The notes beneath the pieces were generated by a model. The model was not told the DNA's origin. It saw only the letters and a program-made list of their open reading frames with translations, and did no database searches. The position numbers and the translations under genes were made by a program. 61,675 bases of DNA from an uncultured delta proteobacterium (GTDB lineage: Bacteria; Desulfobacterota; Binatia; UBA9968): positions 1-61,675 of the forward strand of contig CAWDPO010000027.1 in NCBI GenBank assembly GCA_963804165.1. Reading direction: 5' to 3'. Of this stretch, positions 11,480 through 21,649 are shown one piece after another. Every line of letters starts with the position of its first letter. Position 1 is the stretch's first letter.

Positions 11480-13513
11480 TCAATTCGGAAGCATGGTAAG
11501 AGATCCAACGGGCACACCACTCCGAAGGAATCCGGTACCGCACCAAAGATCGTAAGAATCGTAATATTTGATGATGATTATCCAGCCATCACAAGCGACT
11601 TTGTCTTGCACAGTAACGCCAAGCCCACGTCGAGCCAACTCGGGCACAGCGGTCACTTCCACGATGGAGGCGGGCCCGTTGCCATTGGTCCGCACCAGAA
11701 GCTGGCGAGAATGAAAGGGACGCAGCGTCGCGCGATGGCCCACACTGAATACCGTCGTTCCCGCGAGCCGTTCGCGCACCAGTCGATAAAGCCGTGCCTC
11801 CGTGGCCTCGTCAACCGCCGAAGTCGCCTCGTCGAGAAAGAGCCAATCGGGTTTCTGGACCAGCGCTCGAGCGAAGGCGATGCGCTGCTGCTCGCCCGGA
11901 GAGAGTTGGAGCGCCCAATGGCCAACCTCGTCGAGTCGAACGGCTAAGTGACGGAGTCCCACTGCCTCCAAAGCCTCGCGCACTGTCACGTCATCCACCC
12001 CACCCGCCGGCATCGGATAACTCACCACTTGCCGAAGGGTGTCAATCGGCAGGTAGGGCTTCTGCGGCAGAAAGAGGACTTGGGCGCCGCTGGGTCCGCG
12101 GATCTCGCCACGCCCAAACGGCCAGATGCCGGCGACCGCGCGGAACAGCGTACTCTTTCCCGAACCGGAAGCTCCCCCCAAGAGGACTGTGTCTCCACGC
12201 AAGAGCGAGAGATTCACATCCGCGATAAGCGGCTGACCATCGGGTAGATAGAGATCCACACCCTCAACTGTCAGATGGGTGGCGTCTCCGTCGACGCGCC
12301 GGACGCCATCGCCAGTCGCCGCCTGGATGCGCACGCGGTCAAGCGCCAGCTCGAAACCGGAGAGCCGCTCAACCACCGCGCACCATTCAGCGATCACCTT
12401 ATACGAGTCGATAAAAAAGCTAAGCGAAGCCTGTACCGCACTGAAAGCGCCGATGGTTTGTATGAGCCCACCCAGAGTAAGAACGCCGCTGAAGTAACGT
12501 GGCGCCGCGACAAGCGATGGGAAAATCCAAGCCGCTTGTTGGTAGCCCGAAGTGAAGGAGGTCAGCCGCTTCTGGCGGCGCATGATGTCCCACCAGTTCA
12601 TCACCACCGCCTCGAACCGTCCTCGAAAACCACGGAGCTCGTCCGCCTCGCCCCGGTAGAGTGCCACTCCCTCGGTGTTCTCCCGGAAGCGTACCAGGCC
12701 GAACCGGAAGTCGGCTTCACAACGCTGCTTGTCGTAGTTTAGCCGGACGAGCGGGCGGCCAATCCAGTGGGTGAGCCAAGTGCCGCCGATCGCGTACAAG
12801 ATCGCCGCCCATACCATGTAGCCGGGCAGCATAATGGAGAACCACCCGCGAAGCGGAACGGTGAGCGTTCCGGACAGCGCCCAGAGGATCGCCACAAAGG
12901 CAACCAAAGTTACCAGCGCGCGCAGGCCTCCGATGACAAGCGTCAGGGTATGAGAAATGAGCAGGTGAACGTCTTCAGCTATGCGCTGGTCGGGATTGTC
13001 CGTTTCATGCGCCACGAGTTGCATCCGATAGTAAGCGCCATCGGCGAGCCAAGCGCGGAGATAGCGCTCGGTAAGCCAGCGCCGCCAGCGGATCTCGAGC
13101 ATCTGGCTGAGATAAAGCTGGTAGACAGCGAAAAAAATGATAAGGACTACAAGCCAGGACAGACCCAACACCTGTTGGAAGAACAGCGCATGGTTCTTAT
13201 CCTGCAGGGCCGTGTAGAAGGCGTTGTTCCACCGGTTAATGAGAACACTCATGTGGACCATCGCGAGAGTGAGTGCGACCACGAGGACGACCAGCCCCCA
13301 AGCCGCCCACCGGTCCTCGGAGGACCAGTAGGGTCGAATCATGTTCCATGCAGTAGGGAGCAATTGCCGCAGGCGAGTTGTGGTTGAACCTTCGGTAGGA
13401 GTGGGACTGGAGATTTCGCCATCGGTCGAACTTTGAACTGCGCCTGCAGATTTCTGACGATCGCTAACGGCGGAATTTTTTGGCTGCTTTCCTTTACTCG
13501 GCTGCTTGCGCAC
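11480..13513 (-). CDS. YddA/BacA-like fused ABC transporter (permease plus ATPase)
   Basis: DNPDQRIAED, EADFRFGLVR, Walker A GASGSGKS, LSPGEQQRIAFARAL, LFLDEATS; both termini look extended. Confidence 0.9.
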   Translation of the reverse strand: MRKQPSKGKQPKNSAVSDRQKSAGAVQSSTDGEISSPTPTEGSTTTRLRQLLPTAWNMIRPYWSSEDRWAAWGLVVLVVALTLAMVHMSVLINRWNNAFYTALQDKNHALFFQQVLGLSWLVVLIIFFAVYQLYLSQMLEIRWRRWLTERYLRAWLADGAYYRMQLVAHETDNPDQRIAEDVHLLISHTLTLVIGGLRALVTLVAFVAILWALSGTLTVPLRGWFSIMLPGYMVWAAILYAIGGTWLTHWIGRPLVRLNYDKQRCEADFRFGLVRFRENTEGVALYRGEADELRGFRGRFEAVVMNWWDIMRRQKRLTSFTSGYQQAAWIFPSLVAAPRYFSGVLTLGGLIQTIGAFSAVQASLSFFIDSYKVIAEWCAVVERLSGFELALDRVRIQAATGDGVRRVDGDATHLTVEGVDLYLPDGQPLIADVNLSLLRGDTVLLGGASGSGKSTLFRAVAGIWPFGRGEIRGPSGAQVLFLPQKPYLPIDTLRQVVSYPMPAGGVDDVTVREALEAVGLRHLAVRLDEVGHWALQLSPGEQQRIAFARALVQKPDWLFLDEATSAVDEATEARLYRLVRERLAGTTVFSVGHRATLRPFHSRQLLVRTNGNGPASIVEVTAVPELARRGLGVTVQDKVACDGWIIIIKYYDSYDLWCGTGFLRSGVPVGSLTMLPN

Positions 13514-14603
13514 TAGTCACCTCCGCGGATTCTCTGTGTGTCATTTTTCCATTTGGCGATTCGCCGATTTCCCTTAACAAGACCGCCAAAGTAGCTGCGC
13601 GTGCCTGTCTGTTGGAAACCACCGAGCCCGCTGTGATACACACGGCATCCCACAGAGGATTCGCACTATTGCCCACAGTCTTTCGCCAATCGATTCTTTC
13701 GAGGAGCTTAAGTTTCCTTTGCCAATCGTGAGGATATTTTTCAAGCAAGGTTCTTCCGACGCCTCCCAGAGCGCGCAAAACAACCGCATGAGTATTGATT
13801 TTTTCTTGTCGAAGGTCAGAAGCGCTAAGTTCTCCGCTTTTGACTTCCTGCCAGTCACCCATAATCTTTGAAAGCTCCGTCCAGTATTCGACGGCCCGCT
13901 TGAGAATTTCTGCGTAGTGCGGTGATCCCTGTTCAGCGATTTTTCTACCCAGCAATTCTTCGTTCGCTTCGTATAAAGCGGAAATGGTAAAAAGCTTAGG
14001 AGACCTCCGCGGAATCGTAACTTTCTCTTTATCCACCATGTCTCGGAATACGTCGACCTGCTCGACTAGCTCCATTGTGAGCGCGGAAAGGTTATCTCGA
14101 CGATCATAGAGCATCCCTAACGATTTTGACGTCTGCTGCACGAACCGATTTAAATCTGAGAACATCTGCTGCAGCCGGTCCATACTTTCCGTCTCAAAGA
14201 GAAGCACCGAGATCTTTTCCTTCCCCAGCGCAGGGTTCTCTTTGAGCGCCGCAGCAATCGCCGCGCAACGATGCTGGCCATCGTTGATAATGAACTCCAT
14301 GTTTTCGAGTTCCATCTCCAGGGTTCCAACTTCAGCATTCTCTACTGAAGAAACGAACTTTACCGGACACGAATAGGACGCAGTGATCGACGAAAACAGG
14401 TAGCCGTCCTCATTTGCGAGAATGTATCTCGTAATGTCTGGAACTCTTGCCTTGTTCAGAACTCGTTGAGCCCGCACCTCCGGTGTGCAGTGTTCCCAAT
14501 CATCGAACTTGAACATATGAGGAATCTCTGAAAGGGGAATGAGCAGCGAATAATACTCACGCCCGCCCATATTTCCTCTCATTACAGGAAAAGAAACTTT
14601 CAT
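13494..14603 (-). CDS. dndB: DNA sulfur modification protein DndB (DGQHR domain), orphan
   Basis: RAQRVLNKARVP..YI, FSSITAS, INDGQHR, QQMFSDLN, LFTISALY; lower GC than the adjacent ABC gene; no dndACDE in window. Confidence 0.88.
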   Translation of the reverse strand: MKVSFPVMRGNMGGREYYSLLIPLSEIPHMFKFDDWEHCTPEVRAQRVLNKARVPDITRYILANEDGYLFSSITASYSCPVKFVSSVENAEVGTLEMELENMEFIINDGQHRCAAIAAALKENPALGKEKISVLLFETESMDRLQQMFSDLNRFVQQTSKSLGMLYDRRDNLSALTMELVEQVDVFRDMVDKEKVTIPRRSPKLFTISALYEANEELLGRKIAEQGSPHYAEILKRAVEYWTELSKIMGDWQEVKSGELSASDLRQEKINTHAVVLRALGGVGRTLLEKYPHDWQRKLKLLERIDWRKTVGNSANPLWDAVCITAGSVVSNRQARAATLAVLLREIGESPNGKMTHRESAEVTSAQAAE

Positions 14604-14630
14604 TCGGTCACCACCATTGTTTCAACATTC

Positions 14631-14769
14631 CAGCTCTCAATTCTTTTAGGATCAGCTGTCTTTCTAACAACTCATCAGCTCTTTGTCAATAGACCCCGAG
14701 CTGAGTCATTAATCGGGTACAGCTTATCGCCAAAAAAAATACAGCTCTAATGGCTATAAATTGGAGCTC
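14631..14769. repeat. Phased array of seven AGCT palindromic cores, 22-bp period
   Basis: AGCT starts at 14632, 14654, 14677, 14699, 14721, 14743, 14765 (gaps 22,23,22,22,22,22); hexamers CAGCTC, CAGCTG, CAGCTC, GAGCTG, CAGCTT, CAGCTC, GAGCTC; unrelated AT-rich spacers. Confidence 0.85.
14661..14689 (-). promoter_or_regulatory. Putative sigma70 promoter of dndB
   Basis: Minus strand TTGACA (14689-14684), 17-bp spacer, TAGAAA (14666-14661). Confidence 0.6.
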
Positions 14770-14893
14770 ACATAATTAGTATCCAGAACCTAGATTCAAT
14801 CATAAGCTACTGATTTATAATAGATTATTAAAAAACGTAATGTGACTAGTACGTGATTGAAGGTGTGTTTCAGAAGGTCGTGCGGCCGAGCAA

Positions 14894-15083
14894 GGTTGTG
14901 TGGATACTGGCGATCTCAGCGGAAATTGCCAAACGCGCCGCGTCGAATAGTGCATCGGAGGTCACGCCTTTGCAACGAATCACACGAGCCGGCGTTCCCG
15001 GTTACGCAGCCAGGAATCCGGGTCGTGACTCGCCGCTGTGCACTGGCAAAAGGAATCGACGAGTAAATTTCATGCTCGCGTGC
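14894..15083 (-). pseudogene. Decayed fragment of an animal-type haem peroxidase/oxygenase
   Basis: With frameshifts reads AREH..VDSF..DPDS.LRN.GTPARVIRCKGVTSDALFDAARLAISAEIASIHT, resembling the REHN...LF..ARL...AEIAKIHT segment of that family (recalled, not searched). Confidence 0.5.
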
Positions 15084-15414
15084 GGAGCCTTCGTGCGTCA
15101 AATCTGTTTATCGAGAGCTTAAACGGGCTGGTTTAGCGGTCGCAGCGCCTGTTACCTCGCCAGTGGGCCGGCCGGTGCTCGCCGAAGACACGGGCTGCAG
15201 CGAGCAGCTTCCGACGGGCATCGGCCTGATATCTTCACTTGTCTGGAAGACGCGCTTACCGGCATGGCGGAGATCGGTCGGAACTACCGGCAGCATCTGC
15301 GTGCCGCGCACGATCTGGCGGAAGAATCTCAATGCCGGGAAATGGCTGCCGTTCATGCTCGGCCGCACGGGGCTGGTAAACTGCGGCACGCAGATCGGCG
15401 CCAACTCTCCCTGA
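15075..15414 (+). pseudogene. C-terminal remnant of the GT-B-like family found at 142-2788
   Basis: With frameshifts: SRAEPSCVKSVYREL..TGWFSGRSACYLASG.RPVLAEDTGCSEQLPTGIGL..MAEIGRNYRQHLRAAHDLAEE. Confidence 0.75.
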
Positions 15415-15422
15415 AAGCGCTG

Positions 15423-17015
15423 TTACAAATCTCTGGTCATGAACCCACGATCGACGGCGTATGATTCTTCATTGCTCAGGATTAGAGGCGGAATCGTCAT
15501 GATAAAGGTCGATCCTTTGCCGAACTCGCTTTGAACCAGGATCGACCCGTTGTGCAGTTCGACGATTTTTTTTGTCAGCGCCAGGCCCAAGCCGGTTCCC
15601 GGAAATTTCCGCGTGGCACCGGAGTCAAGCTGTTCAAATTCGCGAAAGATGCGCGGCAAGTCTTCGTTCTTGATGCCAATACCGAAATCTTTTACCTGCA
15701 ATTTGAGTTGCTGATTGGCGTCGAGGCTGTAAACGACTTTTACTTCGCTATTATCGTGGCTGAATTTGACGGCGTTGGACAAGAGATTGTAGAGGACCTG
15801 CTTAAACTTACGCTGGTCCAGGGTTGCTACGTCGTGATTCGAAGCGGCTTCGATGGTGATCATGATATTGCGCTTCGATGCCGCTGGTTTCATCAGGGCA
15901 CAAACTTCATCGGTGACCTTCTTAATGGAAAAGGTTTCGGGTTCCAATTCCATTTTCCCCGCTTCAATCTTCGCCAGATCGAGCACATCGTTGATCAGTT
16001 GCAGTAAATGCTGGCCGCTCGTCAAAATATCGCTCAGAAATTCCCTCTGGTCCGGATTCAGCGGACCTACCCTGCCGTCGACCAGGATCTCGGCGAAGCC
16101 AATTACGGCATTGAGCGGTGTGCGCAGCTCATGCGACATGTTGGCGAGAAACTCGCTTTTTAACCGGTTCGCTTCTTGAATGCGAATATTTTGCTCTTCT
16201 AATTCCCTGCTCCGCTCGCGGATCTCTTCCTGTTTCTTTTGCTCGGTGAGATCGCGAATATAGGCGGTGAACATCGGCCGCGTTTTTGTCGAAATGGAGG
16301 TGAGGGATAACTCGACGGGGAATTCCGTGCCATCGCTCCGCATCGCCGTCAATTCGACGCGCTGGCCGACGATGGAGCCTTTTCCCGTGTTCAAATAGCG
16401 GCTCAGAGCTTGGTGATGCCGCTGCCGCAGGCTGGGAGGGATGATGAGCTCCGCTATCGGCCGGCCCACGACGTCATCGCGATTGTAGCGAAAAGTCCTT
16501 TCTGCTTGAGGATTGAATTCAATGATGTTTCCCGCGTGATCGATGGAGATAATGGAATCCAGAGCTGAGTCGAAAATAGCCGCCTTGCGCGCCTCACTGT
16601 CGTGCAGAGCTTCTTCGGCCGTTCGGCGCTGTTTACGCACTTCGGCATCGCGCAATTCCCGCTCAACCGAAGGAACGAGCCGTTTTACATTGCCCTTCAT
16701 CATGTAATCGTGGGCGCCGGACTTCATGACAGCCACCGCCACGTCCTCGCCGATGCTGCTGGAAATAATAATGAAAGGAATGTCCAGTCCGCTTGACGTC
16801 AGTAATTCCAATGCGGCGTTACCGCTAAATTGCGGCAGAGAATAATCGGCGATCACAAGATCCCAGGGCTGCCGGTTCAATGCCGCGGCCATGGCCGCGC
16901 CGGTTTCTACCCGTTCGAACTGCACATCGTACCCTGCGCGCCGAAGCTCACGGACGGCAAGGAGCGCGTCGTCTTCGCAGTCTTCGATGATCAACAGACG
17001 CAGCGGTATTGACAT
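15423..17015 (-). CDS. Hybrid signalling kinase: receiver-PAS-HisKA-HATPase
   Basis: LLIIEDCEDD..DLVIADY receiver; PAS (FNPQAERTF..RSDGTEFPVEL); FLANMSHELRTPL; NLLSNAVKF; GTGLGL. Confidence 0.93.
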   Translation of the reverse strand: MSIPLRLLIIEDCEDDALLAVRELRRAGYDVQFERVETGAAMAAALNRQPWDLVIADYSLPQFSGNAALELLTSSGLDIPFIIISSSIGEDVAVAVMKSGAHDYMMKGNVKRLVPSVERELRDAEVRKQRRTAEEALHDSEARKAAIFDSALDSIISIDHAGNIIEFNPQAERTFRYNRDDVVGRPIAELIIPPSLRQRHHQALSRYLNTGKGSIVGQRVELTAMRSDGTEFPVELSLTSISTKTRPMFTAYIRDLTEQKKQEEIRERSRELEEQNIRIQEANRLKSEFLANMSHELRTPLNAVIGFAEILVDGRVGPLNPDQREFLSDILTSGQHLLQLINDVLDLAKIEAGKMELEPETFSIKKVTDEVCALMKPAASKRNIMITIEAASNHDVATLDQRKFKQVLYNLLSNAVKFSHDNSEVKVVYSLDANQQLKLQVKDFGIGIKNEDLPRIFREFEQLDSGATRKFPGTGLGLALTKKIVELHNGSILVQSEFGKGSTFIMTIPPLILSNEESYAVDRGFMTRDL

Positions 17016-17462
17016 TTATCGATTTCCTAGCGGCGCGGCTTCGTTCAGCAACAACCAATACAGTCCCAATTGCCGGACGGCTTCTATGAATTGGGAGAAA
17101 TCGACCGGCTTGCGGATATAGCTATTAGCGCCCAATTTGTAGCCGTTGATGAGGTCTTGTTCTTCTTTTGACGAGGTCAATATGACCACAGGCATAATTT
17201 TTGTCCTCTCGTCGGCGCGGATTTTTTTTAACACCTCCAAGCCGTCTATCTTGGGAAGCTTAAGGTCGAGCAGCGTAACGCTTGGCAATACGCTGGTATC
17301 CCGGCCGGCATGCTTGCCGGTGCCAAAGAGATAATCCAACGCCTCCGCGCCGTCCCGCGCGACCACGACGTCGTTCTGAATATTGTTTTTTTTAAGCGCG
17401 CGCAGTGTCAGCGCTTCGTCGTCAGGATTGTCTTCAACCAACAAAATCACTTTATCACTCAT
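17016..17462 (-). CDS. Single-domain response regulator (Rcp1-like)
   Basis: [36 protein letters not shown]. Confidence 0.93.
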   Translation of the reverse strand: MSDKVILLVEDNPDDEALTLRALKKNNIQNDVVVARDGAEALDYLFGTGKHAGRDTSVLPSVTLLDLKLPKIDGLEVLKKIRADERTKIMPVVILTSSKEEQDLINGYKLGANSYIRKPVDFSQFIEAVRQLGLYWLLLNEAAPLGNR

Positions 17463-17485
17463 GAGAGTTGCTCCCTTTTGCTTTG

Positions 17486-18944
17486 TTACAGTGTGAAATA
17501 AAATACCGCGCCCTTCTCCACTTCGCCTTCGGCCCAAACTCGGCCGCCATGGCGGCGAATGATGCGCTGAACCGTCGCCAGGCCGACGCCCGTGCCGTTG
17601 AACTCCGTCATCGCATGCAAGCGCTGGAACGCGCCGAATAATTTGCTTGCGTAGGCCATGTCGAAACCGGCGCCGTCATCGCGCACGAAGTAAGTAGGGG
17701 TGCCGTTGTTTGGCATAACGCCGAATTCGATCTTCGCTTTCGGATGCTTTCCCGTAAACTTCCACGCGTTGCGGAGAAGATTCTCCAGGGCGATGCGCAG
17801 CAAGCGCGCGTCTCCGCTCGCGGTGAGTCCATCCGTCACGGTAAAGTCGACATCTCGCGTTGGCTCCGCCTTCTGCAATTCGGCTCCGACATTGCGCACA
17901 AGAGTACTTAAATCGACCTCTTCTCGACTCATCTTTGCCCGGAGTCACTCGAGAGAGATCGAGCATATCGTCGATGAGCTGGCCCATGCGTTGGGTCGCC
18001 GCGCGCACGCGCCGAAGATCCGCCTGTCCTTCGGCGTCGAGCTTGTCATAGTAGTCTTCCAGTATGGCTTGGCTGAAGCCGTCGATGCTTCTCAGCGGTG
18101 CGCGCAGGTCATGGGAGACGCTGTACGAGAAGGCTTCAAGCTCCTTATTCGCGTTTTCGAGTTGGGCGGTGCGCTCGATCACTCGCTCCTCCAGTTCATC
18201 ACGAGACTGTTGCAGCTCCTGGTTCTGCTCCTGAATCCGCGCGAGCATCTCATTGAAAGTTTCGACGAGTTGGCCGATTTCGTCGCGGCTCTCCAACCGC
18301 GCACGCACCGAGAAATCCTTGTCCTCCGTCACACTTTTCGCGGTCGCCGCCAGGTCTAAAATGGGGCGGGAGATCCTGTGCTGGAACCACAAAGATACGG
18401 CGATGGAGCCGAGCGTAGAGATAAACAAGACCAACAGGGCGATGGCAATATATTGCAGTAACCGAACCCGCATAGCGTCCAGACTAGTTTGGATTACGAC
18501 CGTGCCGATCACCTTGCGCTCGAATACGATCTGCTGCCAAAGCTCCAGATAGCTTGCTTCGTATCGATGGCCGTCCGCCCGCGTGGGCAAAGATCTCGGC
18601 AATGACGTCGCTGCGGTCAAGGATGAGCCGATCGCCGGGTAGCTGGCGAACAAGTTGCCATCGCGTGTGTAGATTCCCGCCGCAATAATGTCCGGCTCGG
18701 TGCTCAGCGCCGCAAGAGTCTCGCTCGCGCTGTGCGGATCGATAAAGAGGATGGTCGCGGCGCTGTTGTAGCCGATAATCTTCGCCTGGGTGGCCGCATT
18801 GCGCGCCATATCGTCGTAAAAATTTTTGACATCGTAGGTGACAAACGCCGCGCAAGCCAAAATCAGCGCGCTGGCGCTGGTCAAGACTCCCAACAAGGTG
18901 AGTTTGCGCTTGATCGATAGGTCGCGAAATGAAGGCATTTTCAA
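17486..18944 (-). CDS. Membrane sensor histidine kinase (periplasmic CHASE8-like domain, HAMP), frameshift near 17940
   Basis: TM-periplasmic-TM-HAMP ([18 protein letters not shown]); [13 protein letters not shown]; HATPase in ORF 17486-17932 ([21 protein letters not shown]). Confidence 0.88.
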
Positions 18945-18955
18945 ACCTGTTATCG

Positions 18956-19642
18956 TCAGGAGAGGCCTCTTACGACTTTGGCAAGCTTGAGGAGTTGCGC
19001 GTTCATGGTAAGCCCGCCACGCCTTGCCACTTCAACATTGATTTCGAAGACGATCTTATTGTTTTCTTTTTTGAGTTGAATCACGCCGCCGCGTTGAGCA
19101 AAGCTTTCGATTTCACTCACGGTGAGGACTCCTTGCCGGTCAAGAAGCCTTAGGATTGTCGACAGAGAGCTTTCTTCCGAAGAGCTAATGAAGAGAACGT
19201 GGCTGTTGACCGCCGCCTCATCCATCCTGGGAAATCGCCGCGCTACGATTTTTTTATTATGAATGGTCTCGCCCTCGATGATCTTATCCAGCGCAGCGCC
19301 AAATGGATCCTTGCCCAGCACACCGATAACAAATGGCTCCTCTTGCTTTCCTAACGCCGGCGCTGGCCATTCGGTAAATTTGATAAAGTTGTAGAGAAAC
19401 GCAGCCTTGATTTCATACTCGGCAGGGCGGGACAATTCCGCTGCCACCGAGATTGCACCCTGCCAGTCGATCCCGACGGCGACGATTGCGAGGGTTGCGC
19501 AGAGAATTCTGATCGCCCGCTTCCTTGCGACCCCAAACGCGGCGAAGGTAGCGCAGCACCTAAACCGAAATATGAAGCTGTTCACCATCGCCAAGTTGCT
19601 TTCGTATAAATGCCCCGTTGAATTTGCGTGCCGCCGCTCCAT
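18956..19642 (-). CDS. yfiR: YfiR-family (DUF4154) periplasmic protein; start uncertain
   Basis: [48 protein letters not shown]. Confidence 0.85.
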   Translation of the reverse strand: MERRHANSTGHLYESNLAMVNSFIFRFRCCATFAAFGVARKRAIRILCATLAIVAVGIDWQGAISVAAELSRPAEYEIKAAFLYNFIKFTEWPAPALGKQEEPFVIGVLGKDPFGAALDKIIEGETIHNKKIVARRFPRMDEAAVNSHVLFISSSEESSLSTILRLLDRQGVLTVSEIESFAQRGGVIQLKKENNKIVFEINVEVARRGGLTMNAQLLKLAKVVRGLS

Positions 19643-21614
19643 TCGGCGTGGTGGCCGTAGAGCAGATTTTGCCCCACCAGCGATAACTCTACGTTCTTGG
19701 TTGCTTGCCAGCCCAGTCGCAGATCCAGGTTAAAGTATCGACCGACGCTTTGTCCTGGAAGACTGTCGACGTAACGAAAAACACCGTCTAACTGCAAGTT
19801 GCCAGGCAAATCAACGGACGAGGTCAAAGAAACCTGATTCTGCGGACTCGATCCTTCTGTCGATTGCTCCATTGTAATGTCAGTGCTTCCCGGTTTTTTC
19901 TTGAGATTTATGTGTACATGCGAATAAGAGAAGCGCCACCGCCACCAGTCGAGCCAGCGCCAGTCGGCCGCCAACTCGATACCGTAGACGTGCGCTTTGA
20001 ACTTGTTGTCGAACTGGAAAGGAAAAATAAGACGACCGGGCGGCTCGACAAACGGTGTACCGACCTCCGCGCTCAGAAGATCGTCATACCGGTTGTAGAA
20101 AGCAGCTAAGTCGACAAAAAAGCGATCTGTCGGCTGCATTCGATAGCCGACCTCGTAAGCCAGAGTCTTTTCTGACTCGAAATCCTTGTTACCGAGAATG
20201 CGCGTAAAAAGCGGAAGCGCCGGGAACGGCGCAGATGAGACGGCTATGTCCCGGTCGACTCGCGTTGGTGTCCTGACGGCGCGAGAGATCGATGCCCACA
20301 GAGAGTGGTGCTCGGCAGGGTTCCACAAAATCCGCGCACTCGGTTGGAACTCGAAGCCGGTGTAGTCGTTATGTTCAAACTTCGATCCGAGTGTAACGCG
20401 CAGACGGTCGTCTAAAAACAAGAACTCATCCTGGACAAACGCGCTGAAGAGATTTTCGCCGTGGTTGCGCGGTGAAATGACGACAGTGGGAACGGACTCG
20501 GTGTCGCCCTTGGTGTAGCGGTATCCCAATCCCCAAATCAGGTCTTGGTGCGCCGTTAGTTTGAAACGATGCTGGAAATCCAAGTCGACGGTGTTGCGTC
20601 GCTCTTGAAAGAACGCTTCCCGGCGGAATGTTCGATCGTAATAGACCTGAAGCGACAAATTCGATGTTTCGCTCAAGCTCCGGCGCCAGCGGCCGAGGAG
20701 ATTCATGCCTGACACACCCCCAGCTTCATCTACTACCGTGGAAAATGGTGCCGTAAAACTGGAAACTAGTGTGCGCTGTCCGACCTTTCCCTGGTATGAA
20801 TCACCTTGAATTGTTAAATTATCTTGGCGACTCAAATCCCAGTCGGTGCGAAAACCTCCCTGGCCCATTTGCCAGTCATCGAAATCACTCACATGCGGGG
20901 TAAATTGTCCGTCGCGACGAAACCCTTTGCCATAAACTCGATAGCTAAAATTTTCACCGATTTTTCCGCCGTAGCGCAGTCCGCCAAAGCCTTTCTCTTC
21001 GGAACCGCCTCCCGCAGTCACCAGCAATCCCTGCGTCTCCGTCGCGCTCTTAGTGATAATGTTGATGACGCCGTTGACGGCATTCGCTCCCCAGATGGTG
21101 CCGCCGGGTCCGCGGATGACCTCGATGCGATCGATATCTTCCAGCAAGGTATCTTGGATATCCCAATACACACCTGCAAAAAGCGGCGAGTAGACGCTGC
21201 GGCCGTCGATAAGGACGAGCACCGAACGGGAAAGGCTACTGCCAAAACCGCGCACGCCGACCGCCCATTGGTTCGAATTGATTCGGCTGACCGTGACTCC
21301 CGGCGCTAAGCGCAAAGCTTCGGAATGCTCGTCACACCCGAGCGACGAATATCGTCTTGGGTAATTACAAAAATAGCGGCGGCCGTCTGCCCGATCTTTT
21401 GCTCCTTTTTCGAGACCGAAGTGACTTCGACGTCCATGAGCTGCTCGAGGCTGAGTTGCTTTAACGCGGGCAGAGAACTTTGCTGTTGCGCGATCGCGTA
21501 AGAAGACGAGATCAATAGCAAGAAAACTGTAAACGCTATTCCAATGCTGACATTGAAAATGACCGCGTCTACGAAATTGGCTCTTGAAGTACTCAAGTTA
21601 GATCGCGAATCCAT
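19582..21614 (-). CDS. TonB-dependent outer-membrane receptor, frameshift near 21310
   Basis: LSLEQLMDVEVTSVSKK, ITQDDIRRSG, plug LVLIDGR..IDRIEVIRGPG..WGANAVNGVINIITK; barrel ending TWRW. Confidence 0.9.
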
Positions 21615-21631
21615 CAGGTTTCCTTTGCGGA

Positions 21632-21649
21632 AAGCATAGTCTGTGCCTA
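21632..21649 (-). promoter_or_regulatory. Putative sigma54 promoter of the TonB-receptor operon
   Basis: Minus strand TAGGCACAGACTATGCT = GG-N10-GC; upstream AT tract and repeated CAAAT boxes at ~21715-21755. Confidence 0.6.

Noticed and set aside
13494-14603. Complete phosphorothioation (dnd) system
   Set aside because: No dndA/C/D/E or dndFGH homologues are in the window
14631-14769. CRISPR array interpretation of the 22-bp periodic motif
   Set aside because: The conserved core is only 4-6 bp, the unit is far shorter than a CRISPR repeat-spacer, and no cas genes are in the window
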